A stretch of DNA of 64,000 bases from a virus. Below, piece by piece: positions 36,846-45,995 of the stretch. Positions within the stretch are counted from its first letter, which is position 1. Each line of letters begins with the position of its first letter. Below the pieces are notes generated by a model. It made no database searches. It had not been told where the DNA came from and worked only from the letters and a program-made list of their open reading frames with translations. A program made the position numbers and the translations under genes. The DNA is taken from the IMG/VR virus record IMGVR_UViG_3300037805_000525, positions 1 to 64,000 of that record. One strand, given 5' to 3'.

Positions 36846-37349
36846 ATGAATATCATCGTTAAGCATGTCTGCCATGTGCGCGACGAGTGCGACTGCGAAG
36901 GTCCGACCACCGACGTGGTGGTCGTGTTGTCCGTGCAGGATATCGAGGTCACTAAGGCGGCGTTCGCCGACGCGCCGTGCGCCATCCACGGAGCGGGTAC
37001 GGTGGCCATCCTTGAAGAGGTTGGCGCGCCGCTTCGCGATCAAGTGAGTCGCGCGGAGATGTTTGCGACTGAACTGGGCGTGTTCCAGTCGCGGGAGACG
37101 GGGCGCGCCTACGGTCGCGTCGCAATCACGTACCCGGGTGCACACCGGGAGTTTGTGATCGGCGCGCTCGTCGCTATCAACCCGGACGGGGGATACGGCC
37201 AGGCTACGGCACTGTGCAGGCGTGCGCGACTGTTCGATTTCCCTGACGTGTTCGAGGGTGAACTCATTGAGTGTGCGCACGCCGCAGGACTTCTACGTGC
37301 TGCAGGCGCCACCACCGTCATCTACCAGACGCACGTGGTGGAAAAGTGA
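36846..37349 (+). CDS. hypothetical protein
   Basis: AGGAGG RBS after promoter. Confidence 0.7.
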   Translation: MNIIVKHVCHVRDECDCEGPTTDVVVVLSVQDIEVTKAAFADAPCAIHGAGTVAILEEVGAPLRDQVSRAEMFATELGVFQSRETGRAYGRVAITYPGAHREFVIGALVAINPDGGYGQATALCRRARLFDFPDVFEGELIECAHAAGLLRAAGATTVIYQTHVVEK

Positions 37350-37864
37350 GTCGCGTCATAAACAGCTGGGTGTCGGGTGGGGCCAAGTGGTTCGCAATCT
37401 GGGACACGTCTTCGGACCGTCCGGTGACGCCTGCGTACACGAAGTCCGAGATGAGTGCTTACCTGCACATGCTCGGACCGTACGAGCCCGAGTACAGCCA
37501 CGCACACCCGGCCAACAGGATAGCGCGCGCGGCCGATCACGGTTCGTCGTCGCTCGTGTCCCGCAGGTGCGATATGCGTAAGAAGCACAAGGCCCTCGCG
37601 TTGGAATACCGGACGGCGCGTAGACAGCCTGCGAGCCTCAACGGCGAGATCGTTACCATCCGTCAGTTCGCTGAGGCATGGCACGACTCGTTGGTGGGCG
37701 TGACCAACGTGCTACTCGAGGAGACGCTCCTGGAGGATAGCGCCGTAGGACGGGGGCTGTACCGCAAGTCGTGCGAGTACCTGGCGTTTCACGAAGGGTC
37801 TCCGTCGCCGGTGTGGTGGCGTACGTTCTTCGGCCCACTTGACCAAATACAGGAGAAGAGATGA
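37346..37864 (+). CDS. hypothetical protein
   Basis: GTGA overlap; FAIWDTSSDRPVT...RA...GSSS. Confidence 0.65.
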   Translation: MSRVINSWVSGGAKWFAIWDTSSDRPVTPAYTKSEMSAYLHMLGPYEPEYSHAHPANRIARAADHGSSSLVSRRCDMRKKHKALALEYRTARRQPASLNGEIVTIRQFAEAWHDSLVGVTNVLLEETLLEDSAVGRGLYRKSCEYLAFHEGSPSPVWWRTFFGPLDQIQEKR

Positions 37865-38355
37865 CTACGAAAGACCCGAAGTGCGGGCTCAGCCCCGAAG
37901 CGCGTACTGCAAGCCGGGCACACATCGTCGCCGTACAGGATGTGCGCATTGCGCGATCCGTCGAGAACCTCGTGAACGACGCAGATGCGCTCGTAGAGCG
38001 CTTGATCGATGAGTCTGTCCGCGCCATCGACACGTCCGTACTCCGTGCGCGGCACGCGGCCTGGAAGGACGCGCTGGCTGACCTCGTGAAGTTCACGGAT
38101 TCAACGCCGGGCTCGCCGTCCAGCATTGACTATGATTTTGCGAAGGCGCAGGAGCTCAGCGCTGAGGCCCGTTTCGCGTATGGCGTCTACATTCGTGAGC
38201 GGTACCACGTACAACGCCAGGCGGAAGCCATACGCGCCATTCGAGTGATTCCTGGGTCCATGAGTGTCGGTGCGGCGGAGTACGCCGCAGAAGCGACCAA
38301 GGCCGACTTCGCTCTCGCAAAGAAGGCATACCCGCGCACAAACGTCAATGCGTAG
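37861..38355 (+). CDS. hypothetical protein
   Basis: AGGAG RBS, ATGA overlap. Confidence 0.7.
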   Translation: MTTKDPKCGLSPEARTASRAHIVAVQDVRIARSVENLVNDADALVERLIDESVRAIDTSVLRARHAAWKDALADLVKFTDSTPGSPSSIDYDFAKAQELSAEARFAYGVYIRERYHVQRQAEAIRAIRVIPGSMSVGAAEYAAEATKADFALAKKAYPRTNVNA

Positions 38356-38602
38356 CGGGTGGGGCTGCGTGGCGAAGCCTGAGGAGCTTGAGACGTACCT
38401 TGAGCGCGACATCGTGAAGGACCCATACTCCGGCAGTATCTACATCGCCGACAAGGGGCACTCATACGGCTCGTTCGCCAACGTGGCGCACTGCAAGGCG
38501 TTCATCGACTGGATGGAGAAGCCTGATCGGAGTGTGCACGAATGGGCCGAGACCGAGAAGCAATTCCTTACAAAAAAAGGAGGCCAAGATGACCGAAGTT
38601 AA
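38348..38602 (+). CDS. small hypothetical protein
   Basis: Operon position. Confidence 0.55.
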   Translation: MRSGWGCVAKPEELETYLERDIVKDPYSGSIYIADKGHSYGSFANVAHCKAFIDWMEKPDRSVHEWAETEKQFLTKKGGQDDRS

Positions 38603-38915
38603 GGAGCCGACGCTGCGTCGGCGGTACGAAAAGTGCAAGCGGTTGATCGATGCGGTGCGCTGGGGGTCGACCATTGCGGCGCTCTGCGTGCTCGGCGGGA
38701 TGTACGCAGCTGATAGTGGCTGGCGCGACATCCTCATCGTTGGGTTTGCACTTGGCATCGTGGAGCTGATGATTCGCGCGGCGTTGTGGCGGAAGCTCGC
38801 CAAGGAGCTGCTCGACAACGCGGTCTCGCTAGAGGACGTGCAGGCCGCGGCACGCCTCCTGACGGTGGAGCTCGTCAACGGCTCACATGGCATTGGGGTG
38901 CTGAAACCAGACTAG
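38589..38915 (+). CDS. two-TM membrane protein
   Basis: AAGGAGG RBS; two hydrophobic helices. Confidence 0.7.
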   Translation: MTEVKEPTLRRRYEKCKRLIDAVRWGSTIAALCVLGGMYAADSGWRDILIVGFALGIVELMIRAALWRKLAKELLDNAVSLEDVQAAARLLTVELVNGSHGIGVLKPD

Positions 38916-38973
38916 CTGGCCACACGGATAGCGGTTGCACTCGAGAGGCCTTCGGGTCGATGCAGCCGCGGGT

Positions 38974-39028
38974 ACAGGAGGGGGATTCGCCTCTTCTGTT
39001 CTTAGCTGCGGCTGCCCTTTTCTTAGCC
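38974..39028 (+). terminator. hairpin + two TTCTTAG tails
   Basis: ACAGGAGGGG/CCTCTTCTGT stem. Confidence 0.65.
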
Positions 39029-39047
39029 ACAACCGACCCCAAATAGC

Positions 39048-39084
39048 GCAAAACGGGCCCCACCTATTGGCATAAGAACTATGT
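39048..39084 (+). promoter_or_regulatory. phage promoter motif
   Basis: GCAAA-N16-GGCATAAG. Confidence 0.8.
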
Positions 39085-39123
39085 AGCGGAGGCACTTCGC
39101 ACCCACAAAGACGTAAGGAGTCT

Positions 39124-39591
39124 ATGAGCACCCGAAGAGAAGTTCTCCACGGGGACACGCTGAACCTTGTAAAAGCCGGCGCCTGCTTGTTCGCCCCCGA
39201 CGCATCGGAAGTTGTGGTCGCGGCCCTGTACGAGGACGGGACAATCGTGGCGTGTGGGTGCGCAAAGCGCGAGCGCGGTGTTGAAATCCAAGCTCTGTGG
39301 GCCGAGGCGTACCCAGACGCAGAAGTCGTACTATCCCGCGCAGAGGTGTGGAATGGCGGCATTGAGATCGCAGAGATCAAGCACTGCCTTGGCGACTCAG
39401 TTAAGACCGGCGCTCCATTGGTCGGACCAGGGATGTTCGTACTGATCGTGCACGCGACGCGGTGGCGCGTCGGATTCATAAGCACCTTCGGAAGCCGGTG
39501 TGCCGTAGACGCGCTGCATGCCCAGTTGGAGGCGTTGCCGTTCTACGTCAACGTTGATGTCTTCAGCGCCGAGGATTGGAACGCGGCGTAA
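39124..39591 (+). CDS. tandem two-WN-domain protein
   Basis: SRAEVWNG and FSAEDWNA; AAGGAG RBS after promoter. Confidence 0.7.
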   Translation: MSTRREVLHGDTLNLVKAGACLFAPDASEVVVAALYEDGTIVACGCAKRERGVEIQALWAEAYPDAEVVLSRAEVWNGGIEIAEIKHCLGDSVKTGAPLVGPGMFVLIVHATRWRVGFISTFGSRCAVDALHAQLEALPFYVNVDVFSAEDWNAA

Positions 39592-39607
39592 CCCACGTGG
39601 AGGACGC

Positions 39608-39796
39608 ATGCTCATCATCATTGCGCTCGTTGGCGGCGCTATGCACGCCATGACCGGCCCCGGGTTCCTGAACGGCGTTGCTGAGGTCGTACTGACCCTG
39701 GGAGCGTTTCAGGCCGCAATTGACGCGGGTACCCAGGCACACATCTTTAACAAGTATCTCAACGACAAGGAGGCAACATGTTCGAGAAGCCAGTGA
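39608..39796 (+). CDS. small membrane protein
   Basis: GGAGG RBS; hydrophobic. Confidence 0.55.
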   Translation: MLIIIALVGGAMHAMTGPGFLNGVAEVVLTLGAFQAAIDAGTQAHIFNKYLNDKEATCSRSQ

Positions 39797-39999
39797 TTGA
39801 CCCAAGCCGGCACGCGGAAGGCAAAAACCCGATGACTGTCGAGGAGCAGGAGAATTTCGTAGACGACGCGTCCACTGCCTACCACGCGTACGGCGCGCAC
39901 ACATCTGACTGCCAGGCGTTTCAGAGCCATTACGGCCGGCGGTGCGACTGCGAGAAGGCTGGGTACGCAGCCCTGCGCCTCGCCGGCTACCCGGGGTAG
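39778..39999 (+). CDS. small His/Cys metal-binding protein, paralog of 20210..20422
   Basis: AAGGAGG RBS. Confidence 0.75.
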   Translation: MFEKPVIDPSRHAEGKNPMTVEEQENFVDDASTAYHAYGAHTSDCQAFQSHYGRRCDCEKAGYAALRLAGYPG

Positions 40000-40003
40000 C
40001 CGG

Positions 40004-40588
40004 GTGCCAATCGAAGACTACAGCGAGGAAGTGCAGGAAGCACTCTCGAAGATCCATGCGGACGCACGCAACGTCCTCGTTCTTGCGATGGACCTTGGGT
40101 TGCAGCGTGGCATCAGCCTTGAATATTTGGAGCGGGGGGCCATTAATATGGCAAACACGTGCATCGTAGCGGAGCCGTGGTCGGAGCCCGAACTGAATGC
40201 CTACTGTGGGGTTGGCGCAGTGCCTTCACGAGGCCGCATCGCCGGCGAAACACGACGCCTGAACGCGCTGCACGACGAAGCGCACCGTGAAATCGCAAAT
40301 GCCGCACAGTCGCACGCCGAGTACATCGCGCAACTACGCCGCACACTATGGGCAACGAAAGGGAACAGTGTGCAGGTGCTCGCGCGTGAACGCGGCGTCT
40401 CTGGGCTCGGCCCTAAGTGGAAGATCATCGCGCGACTTTGTGCAGGGGCACCATTTGAGATGACTCTGCGTCGAGAAAGGTACCGCGTCACCACCGATGT
40501 AGGTGACCCGCCGAAGTGGGCGGTGCCGTACGTGGGCGATGTCCCCGCCGATGCGTGCGGCGCTCAGCCGTACGGCCGTGGACGATGA
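40004..40588 (+). CDS. hypothetical protein
   Basis: Operon position; ends before terminator. Confidence 0.65.
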   Translation: MPIEDYSEEVQEALSKIHADARNVLVLAMDLGLQRGISLEYLERGAINMANTCIVAEPWSEPELNAYCGVGAVPSRGRIAGETRRLNALHDEAHREIANAAQSHAEYIAQLRRTLWATKGNSVQVLARERGVSGLGPKWKIIARLCAGAPFEMTLRRERYRVTTDVGDPPKWAVPYVGDVPADACGAQPYGRGR

Positions 40589-40630
40589 CATGGCGTGGTT
40601 GATGAGCTACTCGGACGAGTAGCCGTGGAG

Positions 40631-40660
40631 GGAGGCGCCGAGGCGCCTCCTATTCTTAGC
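40631..40660 (+). terminator. hairpin + TTCTTAG tail between convergent genes
   Basis: GGAGGCGCC/GGCGCCTCC stem. Confidence 0.75.
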
Positions 40661-40671
40661 TAGCGGCGGGG

Positions 40672-41493
40672 CTAAGGGGTTAACTCCTTCTCCATCGGAC
40701 CAACCTTCGACATCTGAACAGCCACCTCCTGGGTGTAGCCCTGCTTCATGGTGTCGTTGCCGTCTATGACGCGCCAGACTGCGCCGTTAGCGTTTCCAAG
40801 CCTGAGGAGTAGATCAAACGCGTCCTCGCGCGTTTCGCCAGCCACCCTCATTTGCAGCTGGCACGTGAACATTTTCAGGTCTGGGGTGTCGTGCGCAGCG
40901 GTTGCAGCGACGAAGCCTGCATCACTCAGCGCATCCTTCGTGCCCACGGTGCCGTCAGGATGGATGTCGACGAGCTCGCCATCCTTGCTGTCAAGCAGTT
41001 GCTCCAACTCAGAGCACGTAGGACGCTCCTGGTCGTCTGTGAGATCTGCGGCCTCCATGGCGTGGCGATCCGCGTCAGCGGTCGACATTGCCACCCACCC
41101 ATTGTTGGGCAGCTTCTTGAACTCGTGGAATGGGTCGCCCTCGGCCCAACGCCCAGACTCCATAAACTCCGTTGCGTCCGTGGCGCCGATAACGCCCTCA
41201 CCCTTCCATGACTCGACTAGGGCGTGTCCGATCGGCCGGTTGTCCGGATCCGGGCGCCACTCGCCGGCCACCCAGCACCGCGCTCCGTCGATGATCGCAG
41301 TTGCGAACACAATGTCGGAGCCGACCCTGTGCTGGACGCTTGAGCCCGGGGCGTTCGCAACATTGACGTACTCACGCAGCGCGTCAGGGGAGCGGTCGAG
41401 CGGAGCAGTGAACGCTGCGTGCGCTGCACTAGTGGCCCACCCATCCTTGTCGATGGTCATGACCTTGAGCAGCTTAGCTTCTTCCGGGATCAT
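40672..41493 (-). CDS. hypothetical protein
   Basis: GGAG RBS at ATG 41493. Confidence 0.65.
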   Translation of the reverse strand: MIPEEAKLLKVMTIDKDGWATSAAHAAFTAPLDRSPDALREYVNVANAPGSSVQHRVGSDIVFATAIIDGARCWVAGEWRPDPDNRPIGHALVESWKGEGVIGATDATEFMESGRWAEGDPFHEFKKLPNNGWVAMSTADADRHAMEAADLTDDQERPTCSELEQLLDSKDGELVDIHPDGTVGTKDALSDAGFVAATAAHDTPDLKMFTCQLQMRVAGETREDAFDLLLRLGNANGAVWRVIDGNDTMKQGYTQEVAVQMSKVGPMEKELTP

Positions 41494-41524
41494 TGTGCTT
41501 CTCCAGTGTGTAGTTGTGCTGGCG

Positions 41525-41935
41525 TTAGAAGTCTGACTGCTCGATACGGTAGCCGTCAGGTGAGTCGCCCTCAGAGACCCCGAACTTGGCGCATAGCTCA
41601 GGAAGCCAGGTGTCCAGGATGGACTCGCGCCATTCGAACATGAACCCGACCTCCTCGTAGAGCGCACGTGGGTCAGCCACCATGAACCGTGTGGGCACGC
41701 GTTCGCAGGCAACGATCACACAGTCCTTAATGATCACGCAGTGGCGCTCGCGGATGACCTTATCCGGGTCGGCGCCCAATGCGTCAGGCTCGGTACCGCT
41801 GCAGCCCATGTACCACCCGTCGCTTGGCGCGTTGTCCATGGTGTCGCCCACTTGGTGATCATCGTGAAAGTCATTCCCGGTACTGAACTGTGCGTCGACG
41901 AATTCGTCGTTGGTGCGCACCGTGCTGTAGCTCAT
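41525..41935 (-). CDS. hypothetical protein (QF.TG......VGD motif)
   Basis: GGGGGA RBS at ATG 41935. Confidence 0.65.
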   Translation of the reverse strand: MSYSTVRTNDEFVDAQFSTGNDFHDDHQVGDTMDNAPSDGWYMGCSGTEPDALGADPDKVIRERHCVIIKDCVIVACERVPTRFMVADPRALYEEVGFMFEWRESILDTWLPELCAKFGVSEGDSPDGYRIEQSDF

Positions 41936-41979
41936 GTGCGTGTCCCCCCATCCATTGTATGGCGAAGCGTACCACGCAA

Positions 41980-41996
41980 TTATCACAGTGTGATAA
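41980..41996. repeat. 17-bp palindrome copy 11 (AGT, inverted polarity)
   Basis: TTATCACAGTGTGATAA. Confidence 0.95.
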
Positions 41997-42021
41997 TTGG
42001 CCGTACCTAGTTGAGTAGAGC

Positions 42022-42057
42022 GCAAAAGTGGGTTGGTGGCGGGCATAAGATACTTAG
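42022..42057 (+). promoter_or_regulatory. phage promoter motif
   Basis: GCAAA-N15-GGCATAAG-N5-TAG. Confidence 0.85.
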
Positions 42058-42090
42058 CGCCAGGCTTCTTGGTGCATGGAGGATTTGACA

Positions 42091-42339
42091 ATGGCTACGT
42101 ACGATTTCCACACAGCGGAAAACGCAGCGGTTGCGCACGTTGTTGTGTACCGCGCAAACCCCGACGGATCGCCGGAGGCGGTGATCGCGGACTTTTACAT
42201 GCTCCCTGGGGAGCCCGACATCCGGAACGCTGAGGAGCGCGCAGGACTGTTTCTGGAGGCCCTACGCCTGGTGGAGCGCGCCGCAGCTTCCAAACGTGCG
42301 TACGAGCGTGCACACGGAGGGGTTGAAGACCATGGATGA
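42091..42339 (+). CDS. small hypothetical protein
   Basis: GGAGG RBS after promoter. Confidence 0.7.
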   Translation: MATYDFHTAENAAVAHVVVYRANPDGSPEAVIADFYMLPGEPDIRNAEERAGLFLEALRLVERAAASKRAYERAHGGVEDHG

Positions 42340-43288
42340 CGCAAACAACATCGGTGTTTGGGGTGGCGGAGACCACGACTTGGTCACGCAGTTCAATCTT
42401 GACTCAGCACTCGAGCAGGCATGCCTGGGTACCCCGTGCGCTGATGGGGTGGACGCCGCGCGAGTGTGGCTGGGGGAGTACGGGTCCCGACGTATGGACC
42501 CGCAAGCAATCTTCGACCTGGAGGCGTACTGCAGGGATGAGTACGTCGATAGTGGTGGGGAGGAGCCAGAAGAGGACCTTCAGGTGGTCGACTGGTTCCT
42601 GGCCTCATGCCGCGCGCCATGCGAGTACCTTGAGTACGCCAAGGTGCACAAGGTACTCTCCTGGCTTCCTGGGCTGGCCGCTAACGAGGCGTTGCCGCTT
42701 GACGAGGCACACGCACTCCTGCAGCGTAGGGACTTGCTTCAATACGCGTTCGACGTGCGCCGGGCACTAGCAACACGCCCACTGCACCTGCACACGGCAA
42801 AGATCCTAGCTACTGACGGCGACGAGCATGTGCAGGCAGCGCTGGGGGTCTTCGATGGTACGCACGAGGAGGTTCTCCGTATTGTTAGTGAGAGCACAAG
42901 CAACTTCGCGGCTGCGTCAGTGCTACGAAACCGCAACACGCCTCCTGACGTGGTCGCACGGCTCACGCAGGGTTACCCGGAAGGGGTGGTTGTGCGTGCA
43001 TACCTCTGCCGTGCAGACTGCCGCGAAGACGCGCTGGCGCGCTGGGAGGGGCACACAAGCGCCCACGTACGTGTCTTGGTGGCGAGTACCTCGGGCAGGT
43101 CCGCGGAGTCGCTGATGCGGCTCGCGAAAGATCGAAGTGGTCGCGTCCGGCGCGCAGTCTTCTACAACCCAGAAGCGTCCAGTGAGATCCGCAGCGTTGC
43201 GTGGGACCTAACGCCAGAGCTTCAAGAGTACCGGGCGCGCCCGGTACCCGCTTCTCAAATGTACGTGGACGATGCGGAGCAGGTTTAG
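42332..43288 (+). CDS. HEAT/LRV repeat protein
   Basis: LATDGDEHVQAAL, LAKDRSGRVRRAVFYNP; GGAGG RBS. Confidence 0.75.
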   Translation: MDDANNIGVWGGGDHDLVTQFNLDSALEQACLGTPCADGVDAARVWLGEYGSRRMDPQAIFDLEAYCRDEYVDSGGEEPEEDLQVVDWFLASCRAPCEYLEYAKVHKVLSWLPGLAANEALPLDEAHALLQRRDLLQYAFDVRRALATRPLHLHTAKILATDGDEHVQAALGVFDGTHEEVLRIVSESTSNFAAASVLRNRNTPPDVVARLTQGYPEGVVVRAYLCRADCREDALARWEGHTSAHVRVLVASTSGRSAESLMRLAKDRSGRVRRAVFYNPEASSEIRSVAWDLTPELQEYRARPVPASQMYVDDAEQV

Positions 43289-43521
43289 TGGAAATCAAGG
43301 ACGCAGATAGCTGGGGCCCTCTCGGAGACCCTTACCCCGGCGATGACCAGCACCTCGCCAGGTACAAGGGCGCATCGGTGGTTGACCACAACGGGGATGG
43401 GTTCCTAGTTGCCAAGTGTGCGCGGTCAGATGACATGTACCTCGTTAAGTTAGCGACAGGCGACCTGGTGCACCACAGCACAGCAGCTTACCCCGTGTGG
43501 CTGACGCCAAATAGCTTCTAG
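43288..43521 (+). CDS. small hypothetical protein
   Basis: TAGTG overlap, GGAG RBS. Confidence 0.55.
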   Translation: MEIKDADSWGPLGDPYPGDDQHLARYKGASVVDHNGDGFLVAKCARSDDMYLVKLATGDLVHHSTAAYPVWLTPNSF

Positions 43522-43560
43522 GTAGGCACGCGCCACACATAACACATTCAGGGAGTACAC

Positions 43561-44544
43561 ATGACCACACAGATTGATCTACCAAAGTTCCACGACGGTC
43601 TGTCCGTCCGTACCGTGATTAGCGCGCATTGTGGGCGTAAGCCGTGCGACGAGGCAGTCGAACGGCTCGACACCTACCTCGCGTCCAGCAATGGGTATGG
43701 CAACCGCGCCGTTGAACTCAACGCAGAGTTCGTCGCCGGTTACATGGGCGCTGGCGATATGTTCGCTGACGAGAAAGGCTACTACGACCCAGACGATGAC
43801 GGCCCCGAAACAGACGTCGATTGGTTCCTGTAGCGCTGCCTGAACCCGACGCATTACCTCGAGGCGGACGAATGCAAAGGAAACCTGGTGTGGATGGCGG
43901 CGCTGGCACGGAACTCGCGGTGCAGTGCAGAAGAGTTGGACGCGCTCGTGGCGATAAGCGGCGAGCCGGAGTATGAGTACCAGCACGATGTCATCCTCGG
44001 TGTTGTCGGCAATGTGTGTACGTCGGCCACTACGATACAGCGCGTGCTGGACGCACCTGAGTGCCAGAGCCTATGGCGGTTCGTCGCGAGGGCCCCGAAC
44101 ATCACGCCGGAGCAGATCGAGCAGCTGTGGAACGCCGAGACTATGCATGTGACGGTCTTGGAGATCCTGGCCGGCAACGCGAGACTACCCGCGGACATCC
44201 GAGAGCAGGCCAGGACGCACGCCAACGCACACGTACGGCGCGCCTACATGCGCAACCCCTTGTTCACCAAGGAGGACTTGGTGGCCGCGTGCGCAGACGA
44301 GAACCCGTGCATTAGGTGCGCCGCGGTATACAACACGCGCATGACCGGTGAACTACTCGCAACCATGGCGGACGACTGTTCCACGATGGTTCTGCTGGGA
44401 ATTGTTGGGTCGGCGCATGTGCGCTCCGACACCCTGCGTTACATCGCCGACCGCCCTGACGTCACCCTCGAGGTCAGTTCTGCGGCAACCTCACGACTTG
44501 CAAACCTCAGCGTGCTCCAGGCGCATAAAGTGGTCACAAAATGA
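43561..44544 (+). pseudogene. HEAT/LRV repeat protein interrupted by an in-frame TAG at 43831-43833 (nonsense allele or readthrough)
   Basis: ORFs 43561..43833 and 43888..44544 share a frame; DWFL*RCLNP aligns to paralogs DWFLASCRAP and YWFLLRCPSP. Confidence 0.75.
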
Positions 44545-45542
44545 CGAAGCCCACATACGACGTTCCGCTACCTCCGCTCGCGTCTAGCCTCTCTGTTGAG
44601 GAGGTGTTGGAGATGTACTGCTCCGAGGAGCCGTGTTGGGAGGCTGTATCCCGTGTGACAGCCTTTTTGGAGGTCGTACACGCGTACAGACCTGTCGAAA
44701 TCAGCGCTGAGTTGCTGCGCAGCTACATCGACACCCAAATCGAACTGGAGGATGTGCGGTGCGGCAGCAACACTCGAGAAGGTGACGTGTACTGGTTCCT
44801 GCTCCGGTGTCCGTCCCCAGAGGCGTACAGCGGGGTAGTGATCGGACCGGGGGGGCCCAACGGGCTGTCCGAGGCTGTGGCGCGCAATCCGGGGTGCAGC
44901 CCAGATACGTTGCACGAGCTGCGCATGTACCCCAGGTGCATAGTGCACGTAGCGCACAACCTGTCGACACGCGAGGATACGCTTGAGGAGGTGGTGCAGA
45001 TAGCCACGCGAGGCGGGAATACGGAGGGCTGGCGAGGCGGGTTGGGTTTGGCGCCCTCGGGTGAGTGGCGGAATGTCTTGAATACGGCGATCATGAACCC
45101 GAACGTGCCCGAAAGTCTTCTCTGTAGGCTATGGGACGAGGGGGACGATGTCCTGCGCGCGGGGATTGTGCGCCACGCGAACGCGTCCGAAGCGCACCGC
45201 GAGTATGGTTACCGAAGCGCAGATCCGTACATGCGTGTGTCGGCCATGCTCAGCCCGCATGCCTCGAGCGAGTACCTGTACGCGTCGTGTACCGACCCCG
45301 CGGTTCGAGTGCGAAAACTGATGGCAGGCGATGACCGCGCAACCGCAGAGATGCTGGGCATCCTCGCGGAGGATATGGACCCCGACGTGTTGTGGCGCGT
45401 GGCGCAGCGCGACGACATTTCGGACGAGGTCCTCCTACGTGCATGGACACGCATGAAGAAGCTGGCGACGTGGTCGCGGCTTGGGTTCATGAACTCAAGG
45501 GCATCTTCTAGGCTGGCCGCGCTTCTTGAGGCGCGTCGCTAG
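44541..45542 (+). CDS. HEAT/LRV repeat protein
   Basis: AVARNPGCS, TDPAVRVRKLMA, LAEDMDPDVLWRVA. Confidence 0.75.
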   Translation: MTKPTYDVPLPPLASSLSVEEVLEMYCSEEPCWEAVSRVTAFLEVVHAYRPVEISAELLRSYIDTQIELEDVRCGSNTREGDVYWFLLRCPSPEAYSGVVIGPGGPNGLSEAVARNPGCSPDTLHELRMYPRCIVHVAHNLSTREDTLEEVVQIATRGGNTEGWRGGLGLAPSGEWRNVLNTAIMNPNVPESLLCRLWDEGDDVLRAGIVRHANASEAHREYGYRSADPYMRVSAMLSPHASSEYLYASCTDPAVRVRKLMAGDDRATAEMLGILAEDMDPDVLWRVAQRDDISDEVLLRAWTRMKKLATWSRLGFMNSRASSRLAALLEARR

Positions 45543-45554
45543 GCTCGCCGGGCG

Positions 45555-45582
45555 AAGAGGGCGCGAGCCCTCTTTTCTTACC
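45555..45582 (+). terminator. hairpin + TTCTTAC tail between convergent genes
   Basis: AAGAGGGC-GCGA-GCCCTCTT. Confidence 0.75.
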
Positions 45583-45995
45583 TATGGCTTGGCCGGGGCG
45601 GGTGCGGGTGCGGTGGCTTCGCGTAGCTGCTTGATCGTGGCGAGCACCTTGTACTTGAGCAGTGAGATCTTGGCCATCTCGGTGCGGCCGCCTGCGTACA
45701 TGGCGTCGGCGGTATTGAAGGGCAGCTCCACATCTGCCGAGTCAACCGGCTCAGGCAATGGCGGACCAATCTTGGCGATGCGTCGGTCCACCGACTCCAG
45801 AAGACTGAGCCCCGTGTAGAAGGAGTCGGCTCGAGTACTGCTCTCGATGAACTGCAGCGCCTCTTGTAATACTTCGTGGATCTTCTCTTGCTGCAGCTGC
45901 GTGGTCTTGGCTGCAGCAGGCACCTGGTAGGGCAGCGGTATGTTCGCTGGGCTCAGCAGGTTGTCTACGCCGAAGACAAATCGTTCATCAGGCAT
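45582..45995 (-). CDS. hypothetical late-region protein
   Basis: Overlaps upstream stop; GGAG RBS. Confidence 0.65.
   Translation of the reverse strand: MPDERFVFGVDNLLSPANIPLPYQVPAAAKTTQLQQEKIHEVLQEALQFIESSTRADSFYTGLSLLESVDRRIAKIGPPLPEPVDSADVELPFNTADAMYAGGRTEMAKISLLKYKVLATIKQLREATAPAPAPAKP

Noticed and set aside
43831-43833. Genome-wide TAG or TGA stop-codon reassignment
   Set aside because: Many genes end in TAG or TGA exactly at coupled starts or terminators (e.g. TAGTG at 43286-43290, numerous ATGA overlaps), and long structural ORFs are uninterrupted in code 11.
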